Shown piece by piece: positions 1 to 12,168 of a stretch of 64,000 nucleotides of DNA. Under the pieces are notes generated by a model. The model did not search any database. It had not been told where the DNA came from and worked only from the letters and a program-made list of their open reading frames with translations. Position 1 is the stretch's first letter. Each line of letters begins with the position of its first letter. Location: NCBI RefSeq assembly GCF_001194135.2, contig NC_068994.1, positions 59,066,552-59,130,551 of the forward strand. The letters run 5' to 3'. Source of the stretch: Octopus bimaculoides (lineage: Eukaryota). Made by a program: the position numbers and the translations under genes.

Positions 1-31
1 AAAAAACAATAACCAACAAAAAACAATGTTT

Positions 32-68
32 TCAATAGAATTTCTTGGCTTGTGCTTCCTTGCTTTGC
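32..68 (-). CDS. LMAN1: LMAN1 exon 15 (cytoplasmic tail KQSKEAQAKKFY*)
   Basis: 37 nt including TGA, acceptor ttctaattccag; KK plus di-aromatic C-terminus. The 3' UTR runs off the window. Confidence 0.96.
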
Positions 69-168
69 CTGGAATTAGAAAAAAAAACAGAAGAATATGA
101 TAAACAGATAAGAACACACACACATATCACCACCTCCATCACTACCACCACCATCATCATCATGCATG

Positions 169-205
<37 letters not shown>

Positions 206-593
206 TGGATCTTGTTCAGTCATTTATCTTGTCTTGAACTCTCCACTCCCTGGATTTTAGGTGAGTCCTCAATAAACATAATTCTCAAGGGGAATCAGCA
301 AGGCCCAGCGATGAGGGACAATCTAACTCATGGGCTTCCATGTAATTTCTATCGATCCAATTTCACTCACAAAAATTTGGATCAACTTGAGGCCAAGGTA
401 GAAGATACTTGTCCATGGTTCCAGTCAGTGGGATTGAACTGGAGAACATCATGATCACAAAGCAAACACACATAATCACACCACCTTAGTTCTTCAAAAG
501 GCCAACACGAGTAAAAACAAACAAACAATAATTTAAAGCTCATAAAGTTACCTGAGGGTTTTAAATGAGATTGATGAATAGTTAAATACTCAC

Positions 594-697
594 TTGTACA
601 TGGCATAGATGAAAAGAGCAGCAATCTGTACAGATAAACCAATGAAAAACACTTTCGGAGATATGCAGTTGATGTTAGGGCATGATGTGGTTGATCC
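594..697 (-). CDS. LMAN1: LMAN1 exon 14 (luminal cysteines and transmembrane helix)
   Basis: 104 nt: GSTTSCPNINCISPKVFFIGLSVQIAALFIYAMY; donor AA|GTGAGT. Confidence 0.95.
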
Positions 698-1856
698 CTG
701 AAAAAATAACACCACAAATAGAGAAAAATGGGGCCAGTGAGACAGATGGAATAGTTAAAGTAATATTAGGAGAATCTGCTAGGCATGTGTATAGACTACA
801 CAGTATAGAGACATTTGGTAAATAAACCATAGTAGAGTGACACCTGTTCTATGCCCAGACCAGTCATTGGGTGAGCTTTAAGGATTCTTTATATTTAGGT
901 AACAATATTATTGTATCAAAGCAATTTTAAGGTTTTGGTAGTTAATGAGACAACAGAGCAGTGAGACGTTCTTGGTGTCAATATGATAATATTCCCACAG
1001 AACAAACTGTAAAATGGTTGGCAAACAAACAGAGACGATACAGAGTAAAGGAGAGCTTTTACTCTTGCCAAGGGCATGTCAACCTCCCTAACACTAGTTC
1101 AATGATAAAATGCATTTAGTTCACACTGTTAAGGGCTTGATGTTAAGAAGGGCATCAAACCATAGAAACTATATGAAAGGTAGAACATGTGAATGAGATG
1201 GGAGATGTTACGGAACCTGTTTGAGAGGATAAGAACTCCGAAGAAGAAATGCTTGGACTGTGCCAACAACCCAGTCAACCCATGTCAGTTTGGAAAACAA
1301 ATGTAAAATAAAGATGTTACAAAATTGATATTTAAATCAATTCATATATATAAATGTCATCCTTGTCATTTTCACATCCACTTTCCATGTTATCATAGTC
1401 TTTGACAGGAACCAGTTGGATAGAGGAATACAACTGGCTTGAGTGTCTCTGTTTTAGCATGGTTTCTTTGGCTAAATGCCCTTCCTAGTGCCAACCATTT
1501 TACAGTGTACTGGGTGCTTTTCTAGGAGAAACCAAGGAGGGAGACTCGGTTGTTAATTTGAATATATTTGTTAATTATCCTTATTTCTTAATAACAAACA
1601 ACATATTGGACAATGTAATCCCTGGTAAAGACAGGGTGGCCAGAACTGGAATAACCTGGTCATAGGTTTGCTTGATTGGAGTTAAGCAACAACCTATACA
1701 TAAAGGTGTGGTTCATTGACCAATATTTTAGACTGTTATTTACGTAACCCTCTGGTAAAACCCTAAAATCCCAAATCCCATAACAGAACCAACCCTTAAA
1801 CATTCTCAACCCACAAGGAGCAACTCCTGTAAGGGTCAGTCGAATGGATTCCCTAC

Positions 1857-2040
1857 CTGAGATGTGTTTAAGATGTTCGCTGTGTCAGTGCGCACTTGTT
1901 TGATGGTGTCTTTCACTTCATGTAGCGCCATTTGCAATTGTATGTTAGACGCAGATCCACCACTTGGTGCATCACCGCCACTAGTTGCACCAACACCGGC
2001 AAAATGGTCAGCTTTCTCTTTGATTAAACCAATCAGTTGC
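1857..2040 (-). CDS. LMAN1: LMAN1 exon 13 (QLIGLIKEKADHFAGVGATSGG...ANILNTSQ)
   Basis: 184 nt, phase 2/0, acceptor tctattctacag, donor CAG|GTAGGG; stalk region. Confidence 0.92.
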
Positions 2041-2947
2041 CTGTAGAATAGAATTAGAAACAGACGAAGATATATTCACATGCAGCAGCCAACACAGATG
2101 CTCAACAACACACACCATCATCATCATCATTTATATGTTTGTGATCGTGTGTGTATGTGTAGAGGGAGGGGATTAAGGCAACCATTGGTTTATTTTTTAA
2201 ATTATCTCTACAGATATTCTATAGAATTTAGAGCCAGCACTGCAAGTTAAGGTACTTTGTATACGAATACATCAATGTAAACAATGTGATTGAAGATAGA
2301 ACAAAATAGGCAATAGGTGTATATGTATATTTGAAAAGTTCTAGCTCCTTCTTTGGCACTACATCTGACCTGTTAACCATCCACAAACACACAGTCTTGT
2401 GTAACTGGCATGTAAAAAGCACCCTTTGAATATTGGGTGATATGCTGTACCTGAGAAGAGCTGTCAAGCCTAACTGAAGCCAGTGCCGTCTGACTGGCAC
2501 CACTGGCTGCTTTCATTCCACCACTGGCACACAAGTCATCTACCTCTGCCTCCTCCTCCTCTCATGAACAATGCTGTGTCTAATACCAACAAGCACTGCA
2601 CCAAGCACTATGCATTGTCCTTCATTATCAGCAAACTCCTTTAAGCCTGAGCAGGACACACCAGACCACTTGTAATCACTCCAAATATAATGGCTCGTGA
2701 ACACTGAGACGTCTGATAGAGAATGCAAGGCAGCACATCTTTAACATAGCTAAGATTGGATTTGGGGAGGCACATCTTTCCTACAATCATTGATTTACAC
2801 CAGTCCAAGAGCCATATTAACAGAATCAATCTGATGCTGTTGCTGGTGGGCCTGCAAAGGCTATGGGCTTGGACTGCTTCATTCAGTTCCTAATTATTTC
2901 ATCAAGAAAGAAAAAAAAAAGTAATTCAATAACTGAACTCTTGTTAC

Positions 2948-3042
2948 CTTATGTCTTTCATCTGTGCTCGGAAATCATTTTGATTGTTAATCACCATATC
3001 AACTTCATGTCTCCTAATTGTGTCCACTGGAACTCCTGTGCC
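2948..3042 (-). CDS. LMAN1: LMAN1 exon 12 (GTGVPVDTIRRHEVDMVINNQNDFRAQMKDIR)
   Basis: 95 nt, phase 0/2, attttag acceptor, AG|GTAACA donor; restores frame between exons 11 and 13. Confidence 0.9.
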
Positions 3043-3485
3043 CTAAAATAATGGTAAAACATGAATAGACAATAATACATTAGTCTGTTTCCTATCAGAA
3101 GAAATATATTGTTTATTCATTCCACCGCAAAACAAAGAGATATCTACTGTTTCTATTTTCCATTTCTCTTTCAAGGGAAAAAGACATTTCATGGAACATT
3201 TTCAATTTAACTTATAGCAACAATAACAAAAGCAACAATATTAGTCACTGACTTTGTTCAGTAATACATGAGTATACATCATATATAAATATATATATNN
3301 NNNNNNNNATATATATATATAAATTATAAATATCATTACAATACAATAGTATTATTTTCCAGTTAAATAAAGCCCCATAAAGGTAAAATAATAAAAAGAA
3401 ATTAGTGGTACAACAAGGCAGCAATGTTTGCTGGAAATAGCAGTTGATAACCATAAGCAATATAAGAAGAGAGGGAGTTAGTTAC

Positions 3486-3668
3486 CTGTGCATGCTGCAT
3501 TGGTGGCTGTCCTGCCACAGGTGCCTGGATGGATGTGACTTTTGACAGAATCAACTCCTGGCGTCCAGATAACTCGTCCAGCCTCTTGTTCAACTCTCGG
3601 AGTGTTGCATATATGTTATTTTGACCTTCAAAGATCTGTTTCAGTTCCCTCTCACCTTGACTCTCAAA
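3486..3668 (-). CDS. LMAN1: LMAN1 exon 11 (FESQGERELKQIFEGQNNI...GQPPMQHAQ)
   Basis: 183 nt, phase 0/0; ERELxQxFEGQN motif; CAG|GTAACT donor. Confidence 0.96.
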
Positions 3669-4023
3669 CTGTAAATGAATCATAAGTACAATGACACCAA
3701 TCTTTATAGCATGATAGCCACTACATCACACCTATACAACTCATATCTACCATTACTACACAAGGTAACATGACTCAAAAGTGCACCATCGCACTGCGAT
3801 CAACCTCAGAAATATAGAAATGGGAGCGGTCACCCAGACATTAAACCCCTATCATTGTGTGAAGGATGGGTGCGGGAGGTATTGGACGTGAATATTGCAT
3901 TTGGTTGTTCAACCAGCCATGTACACAATATATAGGTCATCCGTTTAATTAGGATGTCCAGAGTTACACATCAACCAGCACATGCCACTACTTCCATGAC
4001 CACCACCACATCACCATACTCAC

Positions 4024-4084
4024 CCATTTATCCACATCAATGTCATATTTGTCCTTTGCCTTGTCTGGATTTTCTTTTTTAAAA
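4024..4084 (-). CDS. LMAN1: LMAN1 exon 10 (D-FKKENPDKAKDKYDIDVDKW)
   Basis: 61 nt, phase 2/0, acceptor cttgtttcag, donor TGG|GTGAGT; matches the FQKxHPD segment of ERGIC-53. Confidence 0.92.
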
Positions 4085-4129
4085 CTGAAACAAGAAAAGA
4101 GAGAGAGAGATGTAAATTTATGGCAGCGT

Positions 4130-4226
4130 GTGGGGTGGATGTTATGTTGCATGGGGTGGATGCTGTCGCGTGGGGTGCATGTTATGTTGCGTGGGGCGGA
4201 TGCTGTGTTGTGTGGGGTGGATGTTG
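4130..4226 (+). repeat. G-rich minisatellite (about 20-nt unit x5)
   Basis: gtggggtggatgttatgttgc-like units. Confidence 0.85.
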
Positions 4227-4344
4227 AATGGATTGGACAGGGGGAAAAAAGACCAGGTAGTCATGGATGGAATGTTTTAGGTCAACTAAATAAATGAAGA
4301 CCTTGGGCTTAACATCGGATACACACAAAACAGAGTCTCTAACC

Positions 4345-4500
4345 CAGTGTTTCTCAATCCTTTTTTTTGATCCATGGACCCCTTTCATTCCCATTTTACT
4401 CTCAAGGACCCTCATAATCATTCAATGTTTAAAAATTACTCATTATATTATTAGGAATTGTATAAAAGAAAATTGTTGAAATATCACCATTTTTTTAATT
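4345..4500. mobile_element. hAT-type MITE end
   Basis: Begins cagtgtttctcaa like the 42814 element. Confidence 0.4.
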
Positions 4501-4907
4501 GTAAGCTTTAATAACAAAACATTATGTGGACCCTAGTCAAGAACCACTCATCAAATCAATTGCTTGAGGTGGTAGAAATAGCAACTAAATATCCTTCAAG
4601 TGACATCCTGTTATCTTCAGGAAAGATACAGTGAATAATGTACGTCAGTTCAATGAAGGTTGCTCTACCTCAGAGGGAGCTTTTACATGCTTTACTTGAC
4701 TTGCTAAAGACAGCAGTATATTCCTTAAAATCACACCCACTGCTCTGAAACAGGAATGACACATTAAGCACTATAGTCAAAGTAGTCAAAGTTATCGGAA
4801 TGGAGTATCTTTGATCAGAGTTTGGCTCAATGAAGGCTGAGCTGGTGCTTGACCAACAACACCAGCAGCACATCTGCAGTCTTACTACTGCCCTCAACAA
4901 TACTCAC

Positions 4908-5002
4908 TCTTCTTTGGCCTGTTCAAGTTTCTTGTAATACTCTTTGAATTCTTCATCAAGTTTCTTTTTCTCGTCTTCTGACACTTTTGTGCCTGTGTCC
5001 AG
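4908..5002 (-). CDS. LMAN1: LMAN1 exon 9 (LDTGTKVSEDEKKKLDEEFKEYYKKLEQAKE)
   Basis: 95 nt, tgtttcag acceptor, GA|GTGAGT donor; acidic/basic coiled coil. Confidence 0.93.
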
Positions 5003-5205
5003 CTGAAACAAGATAAAATGACAGCCAAATACTCATTGAGTTGAGAAGAAAAACTAAGGAAACTTACAAATAGCAAAAATACAAACCTAAATTAAGTGCA
5101 CAGATACATCACGGGTTAAAAATATATCATAAAAAATTTATGATTTACTATTATAGAATTCTAAATCTACTGTTGAAATCAGTTACAAGATTATTTTTGA
5201 GAGAC

Positions 5206-5407
5206 TTTTACTTGTTTCAGTCATTTTGACTGCAGCCATGCTGGAGCATCACTTCCAGTCAAACAAATCGACCCCAGGACTTATTCTTTGTAAGCCTGGT
5301 ACTTATTCTATCATTCTCTTTGGCTGAACCGTTAAGTTACAGGGACATAAACACACCAACATTGGTTGTCAAGTGATGGTAGGGGGACAAACACAGACAC
5401 ACAAATG
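5206..5407 (-). mobile_element. SINE family B, 3' half
   Basis: tttacttgtttcagtcattttgactgcagccatgctggagc... Confidence 0.85.
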
Positions 5408-5446
5408 TAAAAGGTTTAGATTAGAACGAAAAAGGGTGTCACATAC

Positions 5447-5502
5447 CTGGTCAGCCGGAGCATGCATGGAATGAGTCAAGAACGCCATTACATCGTGGTC
5501 AT
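5447..5502 (-). CDS. LMAN1: LMAN1 exon 8 (DDHDVMAFLTHSMHAPADQ)
   Basis: 56 nt, phase 1/0, CAG|GTATGT donor; DDHDV motif. Confidence 0.96.
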
Positions 5503-5897
5503 CTGAAGAAATTATTAAATAGAAGACCTTCGTTAATGACAATAGATGTCATTGAATGGACTACACACACACACAACATTTATATTACGTTATGCACATT
5601 AATACAGACTAAAATATGTATTCATATATACATACACACCTAAGTAAAATACATAACACAGAACTGACAGACATGCACACTAAACTGAACGCACACGCAC
5701 TCACACACACAACATTACATCTACAAACGAATGGTGCACACAGAACCACATGCCAAACCAGATATACAAACCTCCACACAAATACAGATTTAGACAAGAA
5801 GACACACACAACACACAACCGGATATATCATTTAAACACACAAAAACTAAGCACAACACAAACACAGTTAAGATAGCAGAGTAAACTGTAACCTCAC

Positions 5898-6021
5898 CTG
5901 CCAATCCGCCTGTTGCAGCCGTCACCCCAAAGAATCCGTTCTTGGGAAGGTGGATGCCCTCTGCACGCAGACACAGTTCATATTCATTTTGGTTACTGGA
6001 CATCCCATTGTGAATAAACAC
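5898..6021 (-). CDS. LMAN1: LMAN1 exon 7 (VFIHNGMSSNQNEYELCLRAEGIHLPKNGFFGVTAATGGLA)
   Basis: 124 nt, phase 0/1, G|GTGAGG donor; AATGGLA motif. Confidence 0.97.
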
Positions 6022-7005
6022 CTGTAGTTAATGAAACACAATAAATAATGAATTTATTGACATTAGAAGAAGACCAAATAGGGCAAAGGAGGGCGTGGGG
6101 TCCCTACCAGGTAGAGACATTAGATAACAACAGGTATCTGCTGACAGCTGTGTAAATTTTATATCACTGGGTATCAGTGGCAACAAACACTTACAACATG
6201 AGAGTGGACCCATCCCAAAATTCTACTTGTTCTATGTTCAACCAAGCACGATGTGGCCTCTTACACCTACCCTGCAATGTCGTAATAAAAACAATCATAT
6301 AATCAAAATCCTGACGAGATAATGTATGATTAATTTAAAACAATGAGAATAATCTGAATACCAAAGGGTTAAACAGAAGGAACTACTGTTTGCTATCATG
6401 TCCTGTATACCTAGTATTATAAGATAACATACCACAACAATAAACCACAGATCTGAATTAAGTATATACTTGCATCAATCTCACATACAAATGACATGAA
6501 ACTGGTTATCTGGTGTTTATACGTGCATATACTTCTTTATGCATTATCATCATCGTTTAACGTCCGTTTCCTATTTGGTTGAGGATGCATTTTCCTGTGT
6601 GTAGGTCTTCTTAGTACAAGCAACGTGTATATGCACATACGTGTGTGTGTGTGTGTGTGTGTGCGCGTGTGGCAAATTCTTATTTAACTTGACTTTCTTG
6701 CCATCAAGGCTTACCTCCCTTGAACAAGATAGTTAACAGGTATTCCTTCCCTTGAGTCGCGCCGTCTGCTTTGGTAATGCAAGTCTTATTCCCCTTGGCA
6801 AAGGCTAATCGGATTTTCCTCACACAAGTCCTCAGTTCCCAGACCCTTGTGCATACACATCAAAAACTTAAGTACACACACACGCACAAGGCTAAATGCA
6901 GACAAACATACACACACACACACGCCAAACAGACACACATAACCATAAACACATATATTGGTCCTCGTACATACACTACTTCACTAGCATCTGTGAAATA
7001 CTTAC

Positions 7006-7105
7006 TGTGAGGGAGTTTTTATAATATTCCACTCTGGCCTTTAGCGGAAAAGGTTTGTTGCGGAAATCTCTAAGACATCCACCCAGTTGTTGGTCGTGTC
7101 CATCA
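7006..7105 (-). CDS. LMAN1: LMAN1 exon 6 (DGHDQQLGGCLRDFRNKPFPLKARVEYYKNSLT)
   Basis: 100 nt, acceptor ctccctgcag, donor ACA|GTAAGT; CxRDFRNKP motif. Confidence 0.97.
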
Positions 7106-7344
7106 CTGCAGGGAGAGAGAGAGAGAAAGAGAGAGAGAGTTGTTAATCAACCTACATCACTGCTATAGGTTATGATGATGATGATCAACACTTTGGAAAT
7201 ATTGCAGAGAAAAAAAGAATTATGAAACTCATCAATTCCATCAGTCATGATAATTATTGATGCCTATCCAATTATTACTCATGAAGATAAAGAGGTGGAG
7301 AGCATGGTTGGTGCCCAGAAGGGGTTAGGGGGAGGAGAAGATAA

Positions 7345-7605
7345 AGCTCCCATGCCGGTGGCACGTAAAAAGCACCAACCGATCGTGGCCGATGCCAGTA
7401 CCTCCTGACTGGCTCCTGTGCTGGTGGCACGTAAAAAGCACCCACTACACTCTCAGAGTGGTTGGCGTTAGGAAGGGCATCCAGCTGTAGAAACATTGCC
7501 AGATCAGAGTGGAGCCTGGTGCAGCCACTGGCTCTTCAGACCTCACTCAAATCGTCCAACCCATGCCAGCATGGAAAACGGACGTTAAACGATGATGATG
7601 ATGAT
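7345..7605 (+). mobile_element. SINE family A
   Basis: Same core and tail; internal tandem tgccggtggcacgtaaaaagcacc units. Confidence 0.9.
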
Positions 7606-7861
7606 AATTTGATCACTAATCTAGCAAGAATGGAGAAGTTGCTGAGAGAATATATTCAGACCAAAACAATTCTCTGGACACTTGTACACTTTGCAAAATG
7701 GTTGGCAATAGGAAAGGTATCTTACCATAGAAACATTCCAATAATAGAATGCGAGACGTGCTTCCTGAGCTATCTCCAAGAGCAATAACTGAATAGGAAA
7801 GTGAAAGTAAAAACAATGTAAAGATCACACACACACAAAAAGAGAATAAGTTGAGACTTAC

Positions 7862-7923
7862 TTCATGTGGCCATACTCCCTCGTACCATTGTTTAGCATT
7901 ACAAGAATGTAGGGATTATTTCG
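7862..7923 (-). CDS. LMAN1: LMAN1 exon 5 (RNNPYILVMLNNGTREYGHMN)
   Basis: 62 nt, acceptor ttttttcatcag, donor AA|GTAAGT, phase 0/2. Confidence 0.95.
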
Positions 7924-8812
7924 CTGATGAAAAAAGACAAAAAAGAGAAAGTGGAAATAAGCAGACAGTAATTAAAAAGTTCAATAAAACCTGCACTCTC
8001 CTCCTCCTACAAAAGACAAAAGAAGGATTATTTCTAGAATCTTCAATGATTTATATTTAATGCATTCAAGAGAGAAATTTGAAAATATGGAATTGCAAGT
8101 GTTTTAAACATTTTGGGTGTAGAAAATAAAAATTTTTAAATCTCACAATGAGAGATATTCAGCAACAGTAGTTTGGAGTAAAGATTATTTACCAACATAA
8201 CATGGCAGTCCTGGTTTAGGACAAATGTTGCTGTAATTTAGCCCCAGGGGACATCATCTCCAGCTGGCTATACGACACGTTATATTTTCAAACAAGGGAA
8301 TCAAAACTCTGCAAAAATCCGGTACTCACAGGAGGTTTGTGCAGGGCAACCAGCTGAAGGCCAACAGTTTGACAGAAAGTGATACGATGGTGGACCAGTG
8401 TTGTAGATAGGATTGGAGAAAATAATGGACAAGCAGGAGCAACATGAAAGCAGAAGTAAACTGAAGGACTGATGATGATGATGGTGGTGGTGTGTATGTG
8501 ATACAGTGGTTGGGCATCCAGACACCAAAAATCATGATGGAAAAGAAATGTGTTTTCTGCATGAAGCCTTTGGATCAACCACAGCTTTATGAGAGAAATT
8601 TGGTAGACAGAAACAGTGGTGAATGCCATCAGGCAAATTGTTTCCCTTCCTGACTGGTAGAGTCATCACCTGGCATTGTAGGACTCAAGAAGAGTCACTT
8701 TGCAACAAGGATTTGAGCTAGGTCACCAGTCTGATGAGAACTTGCTTCCTTTCACAGTCTTGGAGGCCCCGGAAAAGGTCACGGTACCAGTTTATTCCTC
8801 TGATCAAATCAA

Positions 8813-8852
<40 letters not shown>

Positions 8853-8947
8853 GTTTTGTAGAATAATGAAGTTAGAGGGAATTCCTAGTAAAAAGACATT
8901 TCCCTAATTCCAAAAGAAAACAATCTAACATGAACTGTAAAACTTAC

Positions 8948-9055
8948 CTGCCCATCATTGTCAAATGAGTCAAAGAAAAGCCCCATTCCATTCCATTTGT
9001 CCATATTACCAAAAACAGGACCTTCGATTGCTTTATCCAGCGTGTACCAGATGGC
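8948..9055 (-). CDS. LMAN1: LMAN1 exon 4 (AIWYTLDKAIEGPVFGNMDKWNGMGLFFDSFDNDGQ)
   Basis: 108 nt, phase 0/0, CAG|GTAAGT donor; FDSFDND Ca2+/sugar-binding loop. Confidence 0.97.
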
Positions 9056-9462
9056 CTGACAGTTAGAAGACAGAATGGTATTAGTTGTGTGCATGTGTGC
9101 GTGTGCACGTGTGTGTGTGTGTGCATGTGTGTGTGTGTGTGCTTGCGTGTGTGTGTGTGCGCTCTGGTGCTGCAATGCATTATAATTAAGCAGATAAGAA
9201 AGAAACTTCTTCCTGGACAGGTGTGATTCCCTCTGCACAGGTAATGCAGAATATGATGATCTGATAAGAAACACAACCAAATATAATTGATGGATTTGAA
9301 CTGACACCTTGAGCAAGTAAAGCAACATCTTAATAACTGTAATGCGGGGTAGAAATAGTGATGTAAAACAAATAATGAAAAGAGAGAGAGAGAGAGAGAA
9401 TAAGAGAGACGTATAAATAGAGAGAAGAACATAGAAAGGGATAACAATAGAAAAGGATTTAC

Positions 9463-9560
9463 CAAGCCATCAGCTCCGACCCTTCCACGGCCTGTGACCC
9501 GGAAGGTCACTTCAATGACCCAATTGTCATGTGGGACAGGATTTTTGGTCCACACCCAAC
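9463..9560 (-). CDS. LMAN1: LMAN1 exon 3 (WVWTKNPVPHDNWVIEVTFRVTGRGRVGADGL)
   Basis: tgttgcag acceptor, TTG|GTAAAT donor; conserved VTFRVTGRGRxGADG motif. Confidence 0.97.
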
Positions 9561-10084
9561 CTGCAACAGACATTGTACAACATTTTATATGTCACTTCAG
9601 CCTCATTAGTGTGTGCATGTTCATGCATATGATGGTGCACATGGAGTGTGTGTGTGTGTGTGTGTGTGCACATAAATATACAGAAGATGTAGCTGCTACT
9701 TTGTAGGTGCTGCAGAGAGTATGCGTGTGTGTGTGCGTGTGTGTTACATTGTGTGTCAATGTGTGCTTGTGTAGATACCTAACGGTTTACATGTAGTATG
9801 TATGCGTGTGCGTGTTCCATTGTCATGTGTAACTTTATGTATATGTATATGTATGTGCCAGAGCACTGCCTAATATATATGTGTAGGTGTCACACAGTGT
9901 ACAAGTCAGTGTCAATGAATGTGTGTGTGCGTACAGATGTCATGGTACAGATGCGTACAGATGTCATGGTATGTGTAAGGGACTGCAGTATACATCTGTG
10001 TATTTAAGGGCTGACTTGTGTGTGTGTGTGTGTGTGTGTGCGTGCGTGCAGTAAGGAATAGAAACAAACAAGATCAGTTCGAAC

Positions 10085-10141
10085 CTTTTTTACTTTTCAA
10101 AGATGTCGTCAGTCGAATATTTTCATCACCTGCGATGGCAT
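10085..10141 (-). CDS. LMAN1: LMAN1 exon 2 (57 nt, DAIAGDENIRLTTSLKSKKG)
   Basis: Acceptor ttttccag and donor AAG|GTTCGA; phase 1/1 joins exons 1 and 3; homologous to human NAIPSSDQIRVAPSLKSQRG. Confidence 0.9.
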
Positions 10142-10764
10142 CTGGAAAATAAGAGATTGTGGTTGATGATGACAACGTTGGTGATGACAATCAATCAATC
10201 AATCGTCCTATCTCTCAAGTTATCTGTACATGCACATATTTATTATATAACCATCATCATCATCATTTAGCATCCATATCTCATACTGGCATAGATTGGA
10301 TGGGTTGACACAATCTGACAAACCTAATGTCTACAGCTAGATGCCCTCCCTAATGCCAATCCTTTTGCAGAGCATATTGTGTGCTTTTCTCATGACTAAT
10401 GGAATCACTGAGTAAATCACAAGACAAAACCCCTTGAGAGGGTGAGAGTGCAATATTATGGGAGGTAGGTTTGTGCCAGGTAAAGAGAGGTTAAATTAGG
10501 GAAAAGAGATGGGCACCTCAGCCAGGAAGAGAGAAAAGGATAACAGAGATTGGATATCAGGTTATATCCTCAAGGTACAAGAAGGTGAATAGCGAGAGAA
10601 TAGGGGTAGAGAATTGAGGATGGCTAATTGGGTAGATATGTTTGCAAGGGTGTGAAAGGAGTGACAGATATGAGAGCATTGAAGGGTGAACATGGATAGA
10701 AGTGTGGGTAATGGTGAGTCTCAGTTTGGGGGAATGTAAGGAAAATAAGAGTGGGGCAGAGACA

Positions 10765-11083
10765 TGCTGGGGCACCACCTTGAAGAATTTTAGTCAAACA
10801 GGTCAACCCCAGTACCTTTTTTTTTTAGTTCTCTTTTGATGAACCACTAAGTTATGGAGATGTAAACACACCAAAACCAGTTGTCAAACAGTGGTGGGGG
10901 ACAAACACAAACACACACGATGAATTTCTTTCAGTTTCTGTCTACCAAATTCACCCACAAGGCTTTAATTAGTTCAAAACTATAGCAGAAGACACTTGCC
11001 CAAGTTGCCACACAGTAGGACTGAACCCAGAACCATGTGGTTGGGAAGCAAGTATCTTACCACGCAGCCATGCCTGCACCTAT
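10765..11083 (-). mobile_element. SINE family B
   Basis: Near full-length reverse-complement copy. Confidence 0.85.
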
Positions 11084-11834
11084 AGATGTCAACGGACAAC
11101 AAAGTTGTGAAGTCAGGTTGACGAACCTGGTAGAGGAGATTCCTCCCACCTGTATGGAAGATCCTGTCATAGGTGATGGGCATGGCCTTCCCTCTGGACT
11201 AAAAGATAAAAACTAACATACACAGGCAGAAAGAAAGTGAAGAGAAGGGATAATGGACAGATAGATGGGGGTATAGACATGTAACTGTGTAGACAGCAAG
11301 ATAAATAAGCATGGAGACAGGTATATAGGCAGGTGGATAGGTCGGTAGACATATATCTCATCCCCCTTCCCTCTCTTTGCCCCAACTTTTTACCTACAAG
11401 TATGAACCTTAGAAATTTAAACAGAATATGAACTCAACCCTCCTCATCAATCTGGAATGACCAGCAACCACCCACCCCACACACACACACACACAGGTAT
11501 CTCTGAACATTAAGGGATTTGAGGAGAGTGATTCAGAAATAAAAAAAACTGACTCAGATCATGACAACCTGTCCAACCCACACCAGCTTGGAAAGTGGAG
11601 GGAGAGGAGGGAGGGAGAGAGGAGAGGAGAGAGTAGAAGACCTCACCACATTTGTACCCAACCACATATAGCCATCTCCTCCCTCTCCCTCTCTATTTCT
11701 TAATGTGATACTCCCTTCCAAGTCTGCTTGGTTGTTTGTTGAGCTGTCTACCAGAATGTGTGTGTGAGCGTGTTTGACTATCCATCCATCTACTTTACTA
11801 TATAAATATATCTTTTATCTTTTTTTTCTTTTAT

Positions 11835-12168
11835 TCTTTTACTTGCTTCAATCTTCAGGCTGTGGTCATGCTGGGGTACTGCCTTCAAGAATTTCTTGTC
11901 ACATGAATCAACCCCAGCACTTGTTTTCTCTTTTAAGCCTGATACTTATTCTATCAGTCACTTTGGCAAACTGCTAAGTTACAGGGACATAAACACAGAC
12001 ACACAAATGGCAGGCTTCTTTCGGTTTCCGTCTACCAAATCCATTCACTAGGCTTTGGTCAGTCTGAGGGTATAGTAGAAGACACTTGCCTAAGGTGTCA
12101 CGCAGTGAGGCTGAACCAGGAACCTTGTGGTTGGGAAGCAAGCTTCTTGCCACACAGCCACGCCTGCA
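11835..12168 (-). mobile_element. SINE family B
   Basis: Near full-length reverse-complement copy. Confidence 0.85.

Noticed and set aside
45-260. His/Thr-, Val/Cys-, Ile/Tyr- and Ser/Leu-rich ORFs throughout the ORF track
   Set aside because: Translations of (CA)n, (TG)n, (TA)n and (CT)n microsatellites.
4672-4745. Phase-compatible alternative for LMAN1 exon 10 (AVGVILRNILLSLASQVKHVKAPSE)
   Set aside because: No homology to ERGIC-53; the 4024-4084 exon has better splice sites and the FKKENPD motif.
7351-7445. Spaced ~24-nt direct repeats resembling a CRISPR array
   Set aside because: Internal tandem units of the family A SINE, repeated in other copies; eukaryotic context.
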